The notes: generated from the sequence alone by a model not told the origin. Counted from the stretch's first letter, positions 10,586-21,608 are shown. The stretch: DNA of 64,000 bases from an uncultured Gammaproteobacteria bacterium (GCA_902535975.1 CACAVP010000001.1:6352-70351); one strand, 5' to 3'. Program-made: numbers and translations.

Positions 10586-11703
10586 TGGCAAAAGCCGATT
10601 ATTATAATCTGCTCGGCGTATCTCGAGACGCCTCCGAGCAAGAGCTTAAAAAAGCATATAAGAAATTGGCTATGAAATATCATCCTGATAGAAATCAGGG
10701 TGATAAGAATGCTGAGAAGAAATTTAAAGAAGTCTCAGAAGCTTACGAGGTACTCTCAGACCAAAATAAAAGGCAAGCATATGATCAGTTCGGACATGAA
10801 GGCTTAGATCAGAGATTTGGTCAAGGTGGAGGTTTTCAGGGAGGCTCTTTTAACGATATTTTTGGTGATGTCTTTGGTGACATTTTTGGTGGAAGTTCAA
10901 GATCTCAAACTAGGGCAAGAAGGGGCGCAGATTTAGAGTATAGAATTGAGGTATCTCTTGAGGATGCTATCAATGGAAAAGAGATAAAGATTAGTGTACC
11001 TAGAAGAGTAAGTTGTAAATCTTGTAAAGGAACTGGTGCTAAAAATGGAACTGCTTTAAAAACTTGTGGCCATTGCAATGGCCAAGGTCAAGTAAGAGTA
11101 AGTCAGGGTTTTTTCTCGGTTCAACAAACATGTCCAGTTTGCAAAGGAAGAGGCAAAGTTATTGAGGAGAGCTGTCCTGATTGTAATGGATCTGGATTTA
11201 TTCAGGAAACAAAAAAATTAGCAGTTAAAATACCTGCTGGGGTAGATAATGGAGATCAGATTAGGCTTTCAGGAGAAGGTGAGGGCGGACCTAATAATGG
11301 AGTGCCTGGTGATTTGTATGTATCAGTAAGTGTTAAACCTCACAAGTTTTTTCAAAGAGACGGAGATGATATTCTATGCGAGGTGCCAATTAGTTTTACG
11401 TCCGCAACATTAGGTGACAAGATAATATTGCCAACACTTGAGGGCAAAGTTGAATTAACTGTTCCAGCTGGTACTCAAAGCGGTAGAGCATTTAGAATAA
11501 AAAATAAAGGTGTTAAATCTGTAAGATCATCGTATAAAGGCGATTTATATTGTAAAGTAAATATAGAAACTCCAGTGAACTTAACTAAAGAGCAAAAAGA
11601 GTTATTGAATAAATTAGATGAGTCATTTTCTAAAAGCAAATCAAAACACAGACCTAATGAAAAATCATGGCTAGATGGTATAAAAGAATTTTTTGATAAA
11701 TGA
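10585..11703 (+). CDS. dnaJ: chaperone DnaJ (Hsp40)
   Basis: J-domain with HPD. G/F-rich region. Four CxxCxGxG zinc-finger repeats. Confidence 0.95.
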   Translation: MAKADYYNLLGVSRDASEQELKKAYKKLAMKYHPDRNQGDKNAEKKFKEVSEAYEVLSDQNKRQAYDQFGHEGLDQRFGQGGGFQGGSFNDIFGDVFGDIFGGSSRSQTRARRGADLEYRIEVSLEDAINGKEIKISVPRRVSCKSCKGTGAKNGTALKTCGHCNGQGQVRVSQGFFSVQQTCPVCKGRGKVIEESCPDCNGSGFIQETKKLAVKIPAGVDNGDQIRLSGEGEGGPNNGVPGDLYVSVSVKPHKFFQRDGDDILCEVPISFTSATLGDKIILPTLEGKVELTVPAGTQSGRAFRIKNKGVKSVRSSYKGDLYCKVNIETPVNLTKEQKELLNKLDESFSKSKSKHRPNEKSWLDGIKEFFDK

Positions 11704-12422
11704 AAAATAGTAAAATAGCTATCAATGGATTTTTTGGGAGAATGGGTCAAGCTATCTATGAATTATCTTTGGAACAAAAGTTTAATGTTACACTTGGTGT
11801 TGATAAGAAAGATAAATTACAATCTGATCTGAATTTAAAATTGTCTGATAACTTATCTGAACATCCGGAATTATTTGATGTAGTGATAGATTTTTCACTA
11901 CCAGAGCCATGCCTTAATGCTGTACAAGAATGTCAAATGCTCAACAAGCCAATCACTATCGGCACAACTGGATTTAATTCCGAGCAAAAGGAAATACTTG
12001 TTGAGGCTAGTAAGGACATAGCTTTGCTATTAGCACCTAATATGAGTATAGGTGTTAATGCCACTCTCAGATCTATCTCTGAACTATCTAAACTATTGTC
12101 GAAATATGAAGTTTCGATAGAGGAAACACATCATAAAAATAAGCTTGATTCTCCATCCGGAACAGCTCTGAAGATTGCTGAAGTAATAGCAAAGTCTCGA
12201 CAGTCGAATTTAAGTGACATTAAGATTGAATCATTTAGAGAGGAGGGCGAAGTAGGTATTCATAAGACTGTTTTTAAATCACCAGATGATGAAATAATTC
12301 TTTACCATAACGCCTACAATAGAAAGATATTTGCACAAGGTGCACTTGATACCTCTCAATGGATTTCAAATCAGAGTAGTGGCTTTTATACGTATGAGAA
12401 TTATTTGGAGGATATTTCTTGA
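11700..12422 (+). CDS. dapB: 4-hydroxy-tetrahydrodipicolinate reductase
   Basis: N-terminal Rossmann [11 protein letters not shown]. DapB length. dnaJ-dapB synteny. Confidence 0.85.
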   Translation: MKNSKIAINGFFGRMGQAIYELSLEQKFNVTLGVDKKDKLQSDLNLKLSDNLSEHPELFDVVIDFSLPEPCLNAVQECQMLNKPITIGTTGFNSEQKEILVEASKDIALLLAPNMSIGVNATLRSISELSKLLSKYEVSIEETHHKNKLDSPSGTALKIAEVIAKSRQSNLSDIKIESFREEGEVGIHKTVFKSPDDEIILYHNAYNRKIFAQGALDTSQWISNQSSGFYTYENYLEDIS

Positions 12423-13345
12423 ACATAGCTGTCGTATTTCCGGGACAAGGATCGCAAAACAAAGATATGGCTGATAGCTTTAGTAATGTAAGTTCATTTA
12501 ATGATGTTATTGATCAGGGCTCCGAAATACTTAATTATGATGTTAGAGAAGCTATTAAAGATGAGCAGAAGATTAATGATACTATTTATACACAACCATT
12601 GATGCTTACAATATCTTATGCGATGTGGGATACATTGATTAAGAAGACAAGTGTAAAAGCAAATGTTGGAGCAGGACACAGCCTAGGTGAGTATACAGCA
12701 CTAGTAGCAAACAATACTATCTCTTTTCAAGATGCACTCATGTTGGTGAAAAAACGTGCTGAGTTTATGTCCTCAGCCATGGTGGACGTTGATGGTGCTA
12801 TGGCAGCAGTAATTGGGCTGGATGGTAATAAAGTAAGAGATATATGTATAGAAGCATCAAAAGACGGAGCAATTATAGAAGCTGTCAATTTTAATTGCCC
12901 TGGTCAAACGGTTATTGCTGGTCATACTGATGCGGTTGAGGATATAACGACTGTTTTGAAAACCTCTGGAGCTAAGATTGTAAAAAAATTACCAGTTTCT
13001 CTTGCTGCACATACCTCACTTCTTAAATCTGTTTCAAATGATTTACGAGATGAGCTGAGAGGGATTAACTTCAACTTAGACAATTCATTTGATGTGATTC
13101 ATAATTATGATTTATCTGTAAGTAAAAATGAGGAAAGGTTTATAGATTGTTTATCCATGCAAGTATGCTCTCCAGTTCGATGGATTGAGACTATGCAAAC
13201 CTTTAAAAGTAATGATGTCTCGGATGTTATTGAGGTCGGCCCTGGTAATGTCTTACAAGGGCTAGTCAAAAGATTTGATAAAACCTTACGCGTTCATTCT
13301 TTTAGTAATATTGAAGATATAAATTCAATCAAGCAGGTACTATAA
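12419..13345 (+). CDS. fabD: malonyl-CoA:ACP transacylase
   Basis: VFPGQGSQ and GHSLGEY active-site motifs. Confidence 0.9.
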   Translation: MNIAVVFPGQGSQNKDMADSFSNVSSFNDVIDQGSEILNYDVREAIKDEQKINDTIYTQPLMLTISYAMWDTLIKKTSVKANVGAGHSLGEYTALVANNTISFQDALMLVKKRAEFMSSAMVDVDGAMAAVIGLDGNKVRDICIEASKDGAIIEAVNFNCPGQTVIAGHTDAVEDITTVLKTSGAKIVKKLPVSLAAHTSLLKSVSNDLRDELRGINFNLDNSFDVIHNYDLSVSKNEERFIDCLSMQVCSPVRWIETMQTFKSNDVSDVIEVGPGNVLQGLVKRFDKTLRVHSFSNIEDINSIKQVL

Positions 13346-13352
13346 TATAAAC

Positions 13353-14081
13353 ATGAAGGATAAGGTTATACTCGTAACGGGCGCTAATAGAGGGATAGGG
13401 CTAAACATCATACAAAGACTTAATAATGAGGGCTACACCGTAATCGGTACTTCTAGAACTGACGATGGTGCAAATATAATATCCCAAGAAATCAACAGCA
13501 ATGGCGGGAAAGGATTAAAAATGGATGTTACAAATCAAGAGTCTATTAATTCTGCTATAAAAAATATTCAGGATGAATACGGTACACTTTATGGACTTGT
13601 AAATAATGCAGGTATGACCAATGACAATTTATTAATGAGAATGACCGATGAGCAATGGCTGTCAGTTATAGAGACTAATTTAACTTCTATCTATAGGGTA
13701 ACTAAATCGATTGTTAAAGATATGATGAAAGCGAGAGAAGGGCGCATAGTAAACATCGGGTCTATTGTTGGCATGATGGGTAACGCAGGCCAATCAAATT
13801 ACTCTGCATCTAAATCTGGTCTTTTAGGATTTACAAAATCTCTTGCGAGAGAGCTATCATCAAGAAATATTAACGTAAACTCAATTTCACCTGGTTTTAT
13901 AGATACTGACATGACTAAAGCTTTATCTGATGATCAAATTGATAATCTCTCTAAGAATATACCTTTAGGTAGAATCGCGGAATCATCTGAAGTGTCAAGT
14001 GTTGTCTCTTTTTTACTATCTGATGATTCATCATATATAACTGGTGAAAATATTAATGTAAATGGCGGCTTATATATGTAA
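13353..14081 (+). CDS. fabG: 3-oxoacyl-ACP reductase
   Basis: SDR fold: TGANRGIG, NAG, and YSASK catalytic motif. Confidence 0.9.
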   Translation: MKDKVILVTGANRGIGLNIIQRLNNEGYTVIGTSRTDDGANIISQEINSNGGKGLKMDVTNQESINSAIKNIQDEYGTLYGLVNNAGMTNDNLLMRMTDEQWLSVIETNLTSIYRVTKSIVKDMMKAREGRIVNIGSIVGMMGNAGQSNYSASKSGLLGFTKSLARELSSRNINVNSISPGFIDTDMTKALSDDQIDNLSKNIPLGRIAESSEVSSVVSFLLSDDSSYITGENINVNGGLYM

Positions 14082-14129
14082 AAATACATATAATTTTAAT
14101 CAAAATTAATTCGATAGGAGAATGTAATA

Positions 14130-14363
14130 ATGAGTAGTGTAGAGGAAAGAGTAAAGAATATTATCGTTACTCAGCTGGGTGTAAAAGCGGAAGATGTAAA
14201 AAATGAATCTAAATTTATAGATGATTTAGGTGCTGATTCTCTTGATACTGTTGAATTAGTTATGGCACTCGAAGAAGAGTTTGAAACGGAAATCCCTGAT
14301 GAAGAAGCTGAAAAAATAACTTCTGTTCAGGAAGCTATAGATTACGTCAACGCAAATCAATAA
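14130..14363 (+). CDS. acpP: acyl carrier protein
   Basis: [20 protein letters not shown] phosphopantetheine-attachment motif. 77 aa. Confidence 0.95.
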   Translation: MSSVEERVKNIIVTQLGVKAEDVKNESKFIDDLGADSLDTVELVMALEEEFETEIPDEEAEKITSVQEAIDYVNANQ

Positions 14364-14365
14364 TT

Positions 14366-15610
14366 ATGACTAGAAAACGTGTGGTAGTCACCGGCATAGG
14401 ATGTCTAACGCCAATTGGATGTAATAAAGATGACTTCTGGAAATCTCTTTTAGAAGGCAAGTCTGGTGCTAAGACCATCGATTTTCTAGACGTTGATAAA
14501 CTGCCTGTAAAGTTCTCTGCGTCTGTAAAAGATTTTCAATCTGATAAATACTTCGACAAAAAAGATTTAAAGAAAATGGATCTTTTTATGCAATATGGTA
14601 TGGCTGCCGGTATGGATGCTGTAGCTGATGCAAAGTTATTAGAATCTCAATGTAATCCCGATAGAATTGGTGTTTCTATTGGCTCAGGCATAGGTGGACT
14701 TTATAACATAGAAAATACTAGAGATACATTTATCAAAAGTGGTTCAAGAAGAATATCACCTTTTTTTGTTCCAGCCAGTATCATAAATATGATCTCAGGT
14801 AACTTATCTATCAAATATGGTTTTAAAGGCCCTAATTTATCTATCGTTACAGCATGCACAACAGGGACGCATAATATCGGCGAGGGTTTCAGGCAAATAC
14901 AATACTCTCACGCAGATGTGATGATATGTGGTGGAGCAGAAATGGCTACCTCAGATTTAGGTGTGGGTGGATTTGCAGCTGCAAGGGCATTGTCTACTCG
15001 CAATGACTCGCCTGAGACAGCGAGCAGACCATGGGATAAAGATAGGGATGGTTTTGTTTTAGGAGATGGCGCAGGAGTGATTGTCCTGGAGGAGCTAGAG
15101 CACGCAAAAAAAAGAGGCGCAAAGATATATGCTGAAATAAATGGCTATGGCATGAGTGCAGACGCCTATCATATGACGCTTCCATCTGAAACAGGAGAAG
15201 GTGCATCTAGATGTATGACGCTAGCCCTTGAAGATGCAAACTTAGATCCATCAAACATTGATTATATTAATGCTCATGGAACTTCTACACCTGCAGGTGA
15301 TATTCTAGAGTTAAAAGCTGTGAAAAAAACATTTGGATCTAATTCTAAAAACCTTATTATCAATTCAACAAAGTCCATGATTGGGCACCTTCTGGGTGCA
15401 GCAGGTGGTGTTGAAGCTATCGTATGTATACTTTCGATATTAAACGGTAAGATTCATCAAACAATAAATATTGAAAACCTGGATCAAGAATGTGATTTAA
15501 ATGTAAATCATGAATCTTCTATCGATTGCGATATTAATTTCGCCTTATCTAACTCATTTGGTTTTGGAGGCACAAACGGATCTCTAATTTTTTCAAAATT
15601 TAAAAACTAA
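14366..15610 (+). CDS. fabF: 3-oxoacyl-ACP synthase II
   Basis: KAS II thiolase fold: active Cys in ACTTGTH context, then HGTSTPAGD and GHLLGAAG. Confidence 0.9.
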   Translation: MTRKRVVVTGIGCLTPIGCNKDDFWKSLLEGKSGAKTIDFLDVDKLPVKFSASVKDFQSDKYFDKKDLKKMDLFMQYGMAAGMDAVADAKLLESQCNPDRIGVSIGSGIGGLYNIENTRDTFIKSGSRRISPFFVPASIINMISGNLSIKYGFKGPNLSIVTACTTGTHNIGEGFRQIQYSHADVMICGGAEMATSDLGVGGFAAARALSTRNDSPETASRPWDKDRDGFVLGDGAGVIVLEELEHAKKRGAKIYAEINGYGMSADAYHMTLPSETGEGASRCMTLALEDANLDPSNIDYINAHGTSTPAGDILELKAVKKTFGSNSKNLIINSTKSMIGHLLGAAGGVEAIVCILSILNGKIHQTINIENLDQECDLNVNHESSIDCDINFALSNSFGFGGTNGSLIFSKFKN

Positions 15611-15616
15611 TTCCAC

Positions 15617-16423
15617 TTGAAAACACAGGTCTTTATAAATCCAAAATCTATTCCAGTTAATGATAGGGCATTTAATTATGGCGATGGACTGTTTGAAACT
15701 ATTTTAGTACATAATGGAGAGCCTCTCTTCCTTAAAGAGCACTTGATTAGGCTTAACTCAGGATGCAAGAAATTAAGGATTGAATTACCATCACGAACAC
15801 TTATTGAGAAATCTATTAATAAATCTATAGGAAATACAAAAAAATGTATTATAAAAATAATATACAGCAGAGGTATATCATCACATGGCTATGGCTATGA
15901 TAAAAAAGTGAAACCTCAATTATATATAATCAAAAAGAAAGCTACACATATCAGAAGGTCACTTTTCATTTCATTGCGATATTCTAAATACAAATTGTGT
16001 GATAACCCTTATTTATCAAAGATTAAACATTTGAATAGGTTGGAACAGATCCTCGGACTTACTTTTACGGACAGGAAAGAAAGTAATAATATTTTAATTG
16101 ATAAAAATGATAATATTATAGAGTGCATTTCCTCTAACATATTTCTATACACAATTAAGAAAAATAATTTTAATTTTGTCACCCCTGATTTGTCTAATTC
16201 TGGTGTAGATGGGATAATGAAAAAGGTTATTATAAAATTTATGAAAAGAAAAAAAATCAGTATTTCTGAGAATACTATCAAGCAAAAAGATATCAGAAAA
16301 TTTCATGGAGCTTTTATATGTAATTCGGTAACGGGTATTCAATTCGTTAAGAAGATAGGTGAACATGCTTTAAGTCATTCAAGAGAATTAGAGGCTATCT
16401 TGGATAAATTTGTCTATGAGTAA
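15617..16423 (+). CDS. pabC: aminodeoxychorismate lyase (fold-type IV PLP enzyme)
   Basis: N-terminal FNYGDGLFET.. of the class IV aminotransferase family. Position after fabF as in E. coli. TTG start. Confidence 0.65.
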   Translation: MKTQVFINPKSIPVNDRAFNYGDGLFETILVHNGEPLFLKEHLIRLNSGCKKLRIELPSRTLIEKSINKSIGNTKKCIIKIIYSRGISSHGYGYDKKVKPQLYIIKKKATHIRRSLFISLRYSKYKLCDNPYLSKIKHLNRLEQILGLTFTDRKESNNILIDKNDNIIECISSNIFLYTIKKNNFNFVTPDLSNSGVDGIMKKVIIKFMKRKKISISENTIKQKDIRKFHGAFICNSVTGIQFVKKIGEHALSHSRELEAILDKFVYE

Positions 16424-17036
16424 ATTTATTGTTATAGAAGGGAGCGAGGGTGTAGGTAAGTCTACTCAGATTAAAACTATAAAATCATTTCTGGAAGAAC
16501 ATAAAATTGAATATATTGTCACAAGAGAGCCGGGAGGAACATCATTCGGTGAATCGATTCGATCTATAATCCTTGATCAGAATAACGATACGGATAATCT
16601 AACTGACTCCTTACTATTTTATGCATCAAGATACGAGAACTATAGTAAAATTATACTGCCAGCGCTGAAAAATGGGAAAACCGTAATATGTGATAGATTC
16701 CATTACTCAACTTTCGTATATCAGGGGATAGTTGGTGATGATGAATTAGTTAAAAAGATACATAATATATTTGATGCTATATTTTCAAAATCTATTGATC
16801 ATATTATCTATTTATATACAGACCCAGAAGAGAGTTTGAAAAGAATATCAAGAAGATCAATAACTGATAAGTTTGAGAGTAGAGGTCTTGAATATTTGAA
16901 TAAATTAAACAAAGCTTATGAATCAATTTTTTCTAATATGGAGAATGTGATTAAATTAAATACCTCGAGAGACAAAGAAATCACAAAAAAAGATCTTCTC
17001 GAAAAACTGAAGACTATATTTACAACCCATGATTAA
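16410..17036 (+). CDS. tmk: thymidylate kinase
   Basis: P-loop FIVIEGSEGVGKST. TREPGGT. DRF lid motif. Confidence 0.9.
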   Translation: MSMSKFIVIEGSEGVGKSTQIKTIKSFLEEHKIEYIVTREPGGTSFGESIRSIILDQNNDTDNLTDSLLFYASRYENYSKIILPALKNGKTVICDRFHYSTFVYQGIVGDDELVKKIHNIFDAIFSKSIDHIIYLYTDPEESLKRISRRSITDKFESRGLEYLNKLNKAYESIFSNMENVIKLNTSRDKEITKKDLLEKLKTIFTTHD

Positions 17037-17928
17037 TAGATTCTCTTTAGATCATCAATCAAAAAATTATTTGATCATATCCTCTGATATAGAATCACGT
17101 TATGAGATGGTGATCAAAAAAGTAGGTGAGTACTATGACAAATCTGTTGAGAAGATACTTGAAAATCCTGATGTCATGTATGTGTCACTTCCCGTTATTG
17201 ATAAATCTGGAAATATTACATCAACGTTGTCAAATTATGAGTTACAAATGCGCGAGTATGGTTTACTTGATAAATTAGATACTAATAGAATCGGAAACGA
17301 AATAACTATTGATCAAATCAGAGAGGTAATATCATTTACTCAAATCTCCGCACACAAAAATAAGAAAACCGTCATATTAAATAGTGCTTCGAATATGAAT
17401 AAGGAAGCATCTTCAGCTCTTCTTAAGACCCTTGAGGAAGTTTCATCAAATTGTACTTTTATATTGCTAGCGAGTTCACTCAATAGCATTGCAGAAACCA
17501 TAAAAAGTAGGTGCCAAGTATTACAACACGAACAAAATTTCGAGATGAATAAGAATTCTAACTTCAAAGACTTCTTTTTTTCGAAACATCCTTTTTTGAG
17601 GAATATTGATCCTGATTATAATATTTTTAATCTTACAGAGAGCATAAAGGTACAAATTGATGGACTTTTAGACAAAACACTTGATCCTATAGATGTTTCT
17701 AATGAATGGAGTAATATACACTTGAATCTTATTCTATGTATTGTTGTTGAATATATTATTTTTAATTGTAAGAATGCAATATATAAGCCATTTGATCAGT
17801 CATTAGATCAATATCACAAAAAGCTAGTTGATACATATACCAAGATTCCTCTAATCAAGAAAAACATAAACCTTAATATAAATACAAAGTACTTATTGAA
17901 TAACCTTACGATTGAATTAGCTTCTTAA
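17029..17928 (+). CDS. holB: DNA polymerase III delta-prime subunit (degenerate AAA+, no Walker A)
   Basis: ALLKTLEE and TIKSRCQ motifs. Position after tmk. Confidence 0.65.
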   Translation: MINRFSLDHQSKNYLIISSDIESRYEMVIKKVGEYYDKSVEKILENPDVMYVSLPVIDKSGNITSTLSNYELQMREYGLLDKLDTNRIGNEITIDQIREVISFTQISAHKNKKTVILNSASNMNKEASSALLKTLEEVSSNCTFILLASSLNSIAETIKSRCQVLQHEQNFEMNKNSNFKDFFFSKHPFLRNIDPDYNIFNLTESIKVQIDGLLDKTLDPIDVSNEWSNIHLNLILCIVVEYIIFNCKNAIYKPFDQSLDQYHKKLVDTYTKIPLIKKNINLNINTKYLLNNLTIELAS

Positions 17929-17946
17929 TCATAATACTATCCAACT

Positions 17947-19101
17947 ATGAAAAAATCAGACAATAATGTTGTTAGTTTATTTGAGCAAACAAATCAGGGC
18001 GTTCAAAAAACTGTTTTAACTGACTCCATGAAAATGAAAAGAGGAGGCTCCTTATCTAATCCTATAGTAGCTTATGAAACCTGGGGTAAGTTATCTAAAC
18101 AAAAGGATAATGTTGTCGTCATTCTAACAGGCCTCAGCGCAAGTTCACATGTTGCCTCTCATTCTAATAATTCTAAACCAGGATGGTGGGAAGGAATAGT
18201 TGGTCCAGATAAGGCTATCGATACAAATAAATTTTATGTGATATGTGTTAATTCACTCGGTAGTTGTTTTGGCTCTACAGGACCAGCATCCATCAATCAA
18301 ATTACTGGTGAGCCTTTTCGGTTAACTTTCCCTGAGCTTACAATTGATGATATGGCGACTGCAACTAAACTTCTTTTAGATAAGTTGGGCATTAAGCAAA
18401 TTAATACTTTAGTGGGACCCTCTATGGGTGGAATGCATGCCTTGGCGTTAATCATTCAAAATAATGACTTTGTAAGAAACTTCATAGCTATCTCTACTGC
18501 ATTTCAATCATTACCTTATGCAATAGCCATAAGGTCACTGCAAAGAGAGGTTATTAGAAAAGATCCCCTATGGAAAAATGGCTATTATACACATGATAGT
18601 CAACCATTAAATGGTGTCAGAATTGCTAGAAAATTAGGAATGATATCCTATCGATCTGCAAATGAATGGGCACAGAGATTTGGGAGGAAAAAATCATCTA
18701 AAAATAATATAACTCAAAATACATTTGGTATAGAAAATACAGGTTTTGAATTCGAAATAGAGTCTTATTTAGAACACTTGGCTATAAAATTCCAAGATGT
18801 ATTTGATGCTAATTGCTATTTATATCTTTCGAGATCAATTGATTGGTTTGATATAATTGATTATGGATCTTCTTCTGAAGAAGTTTTGGGTAAAACCGGA
18901 TTAGAGAGCGCTTTGATACTAGGCGTTGAGTCAGATATATTATTTCCAATTAATCAACAAAAAGAACTCGCTGAGTATCTATCTACTAATTCTACAAAAG
19001 TCACATATAAAAGTTTAGACTGTATACAGGGTCATGATTCATTTTTAGTTGATATCGAGAGATTTTCTGAAGAAATTAAATGTTACTTAAAAGATATTTA
19101 G
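17947..19101 (+). CDS. metX: homoserine O-acyltransferase (MetX family alpha/beta hydrolase)
   Basis: YETWGKL...VVVILTGLSASSH and GPSMGGMHAL nucleophile-elbow motifs. Confidence 0.7.
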   Translation: MKKSDNNVVSLFEQTNQGVQKTVLTDSMKMKRGGSLSNPIVAYETWGKLSKQKDNVVVILTGLSASSHVASHSNNSKPGWWEGIVGPDKAIDTNKFYVICVNSLGSCFGSTGPASINQITGEPFRLTFPELTIDDMATATKLLLDKLGIKQINTLVGPSMGGMHALALIIQNNDFVRNFIAISTAFQSLPYAIAIRSLQREVIRKDPLWKNGYYTHDSQPLNGVRIARKLGMISYRSANEWAQRFGRKKSSKNNITQNTFGIENTGFEFEIESYLEHLAIKFQDVFDANCYLYLSRSIDWFDIIDYGSSSEEVLGKTGLESALILGVESDILFPINQQKELAEYLSTNSTKVTYKSLDCIQGHDSFLVDIERFSEEIKCYLKDI

Positions 19102-19559
19102 CTACGCTTTTATTACTAATTATTTGTACACCGTCTTACGCGGATCAATATGAGGGTATGGTAATAAAAGTTATTGACGGAGATACAATCTGGGTAAAAA
19201 CTAGCAATAAACATATTAAAATACGACTTAGTTATATTGATGCTCCTGAGCTTAAACAGACGCATGGGGTGCGAAGTAAGAATTTTTTAACTAATCTCAT
19301 ATTAGATAAAAATGTACAGATAAATGCGAACAAAAAGGATAGATATAACAGGCATTTAGGTGAAGTTTATATCCACAATCTAAAGGAGTCTATATTTGTG
19401 AATGCAAAAATGTTGAAATCTGGAAATGCTTGGATATATTCGGCCTATAGAGATAATTCCTACCTGCAAAACCTTGAAAATTACGCTAGGATGAAAAAAC
19501 TAGGTCTGTGGAGTGAAAAAGCACCCATAGAGCCATGGGTTTATCGAAGATCAAAATAG
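19080..19559 (+). CDS. secreted thermonuclease (SNase-like)
   Basis: Signal peptide. VIDGDT and IRL..IDAPE motifs of staphylococcal-nuclease homologues. Confidence 0.7.
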   Translation: MLLKRYLATLLLLIICTPSYADQYEGMVIKVIDGDTIWVKTSNKHIKIRLSYIDAPELKQTHGVRSKNFLTNLILDKNVQINANKKDRYNRHLGEVYIHNLKESIFVNAKMLKSGNAWIYSAYRDNSYLQNLENYARMKKLGLWSEKAPIEPWVYRRSK

Positions 19560-19696
19560 ACTTAATTTAAGTTTTTTTTAATCGTTTATTGGATCTACAT
19601 TTTTCTGAGCAGTAAATGACATCGTCCCAATTTCTCTCCCATTTTTTTCTCCATACGAAAGACAATCCGCACACAGGACATATCTTTCTCGGAAGA

Positions 19697-20050
19697 TCAC
19701 TTTTTTTCATTCAACTGATGCCTATTTTTATAGAACAAGAAAAGAGCAATAATTTCATACAGTATTACTCCAAAATGATAAATGATTGGTAAAGCGACTA
19801 TATTCCCAATCCATCTATACCTTGGTATATTCCGCCACATTATAATAAACGCTCTGACACCTGAATATATCTCATTGTCCTTTATTACATGCAATCGTCT
19901 AATCAGCTCCCTATGACTCTTGCCAGATAATTTCATAGATATTTCTAAATCATTGATATCTATCCAATTTATATCATTTTCAAGAGACTTATAATGACTT
20001 ATCTCTTTAGAGCATATAGGGCAACTGTCATTAAAAAGAACTTTGATCAT
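19697..20050 (-). CDS. DUF393/DCC-family thiol-disulfide oxidoreductase-like protein
   Basis: N-terminal [13 protein letters not shown] (CxxC). ~117 aa. This family is commonly adjacent to photolyase/cryptochrome genes. Confidence 0.6.
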   Translation of the reverse strand: MIKVLFNDSCPICSKEISHYKSLENDINWIDINDLEISMKLSGKSHRELIRRLHVIKDNEIYSGVRAFIIMWRNIPRYRWIGNIVALPIIYHFGVILYEIIALFLFYKNRHQLNEKK

Positions 20051-21534
20051 AATGTATTCCTTTCGATAAATTCGCTTGCTTTGGACAATATGTTATCCTT
20101 TTTCTCTTTTTTCATTTTATCAAACAGTGAGACCATCATATTTAACCTAGGATTTTTTTTGAAGAATATGCGGTTCTTATCTATAAATCGCCAATAAAGT
20201 CCATCCATTACATCACACCATGGACCCTTCTTGAAATTCATCATCTTTAGAATATAGTTTGAACCACAGATATATGGTTTAGTTGCCATTATACCTCCAT
20301 CAGCAAAAAGCCCCATACTATACACATTCGGAGTCATAACCCAATCTGAAGAATCAATATATAGTTCCATAAACCACTTATAAGCGTTTCTGGGCTGGAT
20401 TTCGCACAAATTCATTATATTGACTTGAATCATTAGTCTTTCAATGTGATGGGAGTAGGCATGTTTAATTGTGCTCTTTATTGAGTAATCCAATGGATCT
20501 AAGCCCGTGTTACCGGTATACCAACTTTTTTTGATCTTTCTCTGATGGTTGAAAAAGTTACTTTTTTCCATATTCTTACCTTCAAAATGATAGAGACATC
20601 TCATGAACTCTCTCCATCCTATTATTTGTCTTATAAAACCTTCATATGAATTAAGAGGTATACCCTTTAAATCCTTGATATTATTCAGAATATCTAGAGG
20701 AGTTATTAAACCGATATTGAGTGAAGAGCTTAGATTTGAGTGAAACCATATATGTGATTTCTGGTCAACGGAATCCTCATAATCCCCAAATTGACTAAAT
20801 TTATGAGCAAGAAAGTGTTTTAGGTTATCTAGTGCCTGCTCTCTAGTCGTTGGGTAGTTAAAATATTTCGTTTCGCCGTAATGGTCTTTAAACATATTAT
20901 CGACTAACTTAGTTATATCTTTTGTATGTTTTGATTTTTTAAACTGTAAGAGGGCAGGTGGTAGCAAGTTTTGAGGTATTTTTTTTCTATTATCCCCATC
21001 ATATGTCCATTTCCCACCGACTGGTTTACCATCTTTCATCAATATGTCTAATTTTTTCCTTTGATTAATGTAAAAGTCCGTCATTTTGTATTTTGGGCTT
21101 TTCCTTTGTATACACATCTCTTCAAAGTCTTTTAATTTTGTCAGGAACATTGGAGTATCATAAATTTCAATACTTATTCCTTTTTTTTCCAGCCTCCTCA
21201 ATTTCCTCTCAAACCATATATCTTCAATTGTCCATAAACTGATCTTCTTTATTTTCAACTTATTTAGATATTTATGAAGATAATCCACATAAGTGTCTGA
21301 ATCTCCTGGTTTTAATTCATAGTAATCAGTCGTAACCTTGTTTTTATTAAGCATATCTCTGTAAGATCTCATCGCAGATAAAAATAGAGTGATCTTCTGT
21401 TTGTGATGTTTCTTATATGTACATAAGTCTATATCTTCCTTCATAAAAACATGCTTTATGTTAAATTTCTTTACATATTCTATTGGGAACAATTGGTTTC
21501 CTAAAATGACGTGTATTGTGATTTCCTTATCCAT
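20047..21534 (-). CDS. photolyase/cryptochrome family protein, PhrB/CryB (FeS-BCP, COG3046) type
   Basis: HHKQKITLFLSAMRSY, EGFIRQIIGWREFMR and AYSHHIERLMI blocks match Agrobacterium PhrB and Rhodobacter CryB-type proteins. Confidence 0.65.
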   Translation of the reverse strand: MDKEITIHVILGNQLFPIEYVKKFNIKHVFMKEDIDLCTYKKHHKQKITLFLSAMRSYRDMLNKNKVTTDYYELKPGDSDTYVDYLHKYLNKLKIKKISLWTIEDIWFERKLRRLEKKGISIEIYDTPMFLTKLKDFEEMCIQRKSPKYKMTDFYINQRKKLDILMKDGKPVGGKWTYDGDNRKKIPQNLLPPALLQFKKSKHTKDITKLVDNMFKDHYGETKYFNYPTTREQALDNLKHFLAHKFSQFGDYEDSVDQKSHIWFHSNLSSSLNIGLITPLDILNNIKDLKGIPLNSYEGFIRQIIGWREFMRCLYHFEGKNMEKSNFFNHQRKIKKSWYTGNTGLDPLDYSIKSTIKHAYSHHIERLMIQVNIMNLCEIQPRNAYKWFMELYIDSSDWVMTPNVYSMGLFADGGIMATKPYICGSNYILKMMNFKKGPWCDVMDGLYWRFIDKNRIFFKKNPRLNMMVSLFDKMKKEKKDNILSKASEFIERNTL

Positions 21535-21608
21535 GTATGAGTAGAATAGGTCATCTTTGGGATGATTTCTAGATATATGTATGTTCGTATAATATATATT
21601 ATGTAAAA

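Noticed and set aside
19560-19696. Possible small gene or sRNA in the 137-nt convergent spacer between the SNase gene and the DUF393 gene
   Set aside because: Only a 15-codon ORF without a ribosome-binding site. The T-runs are probably bidirectional terminator remnants. Nothing supportable without expression data.
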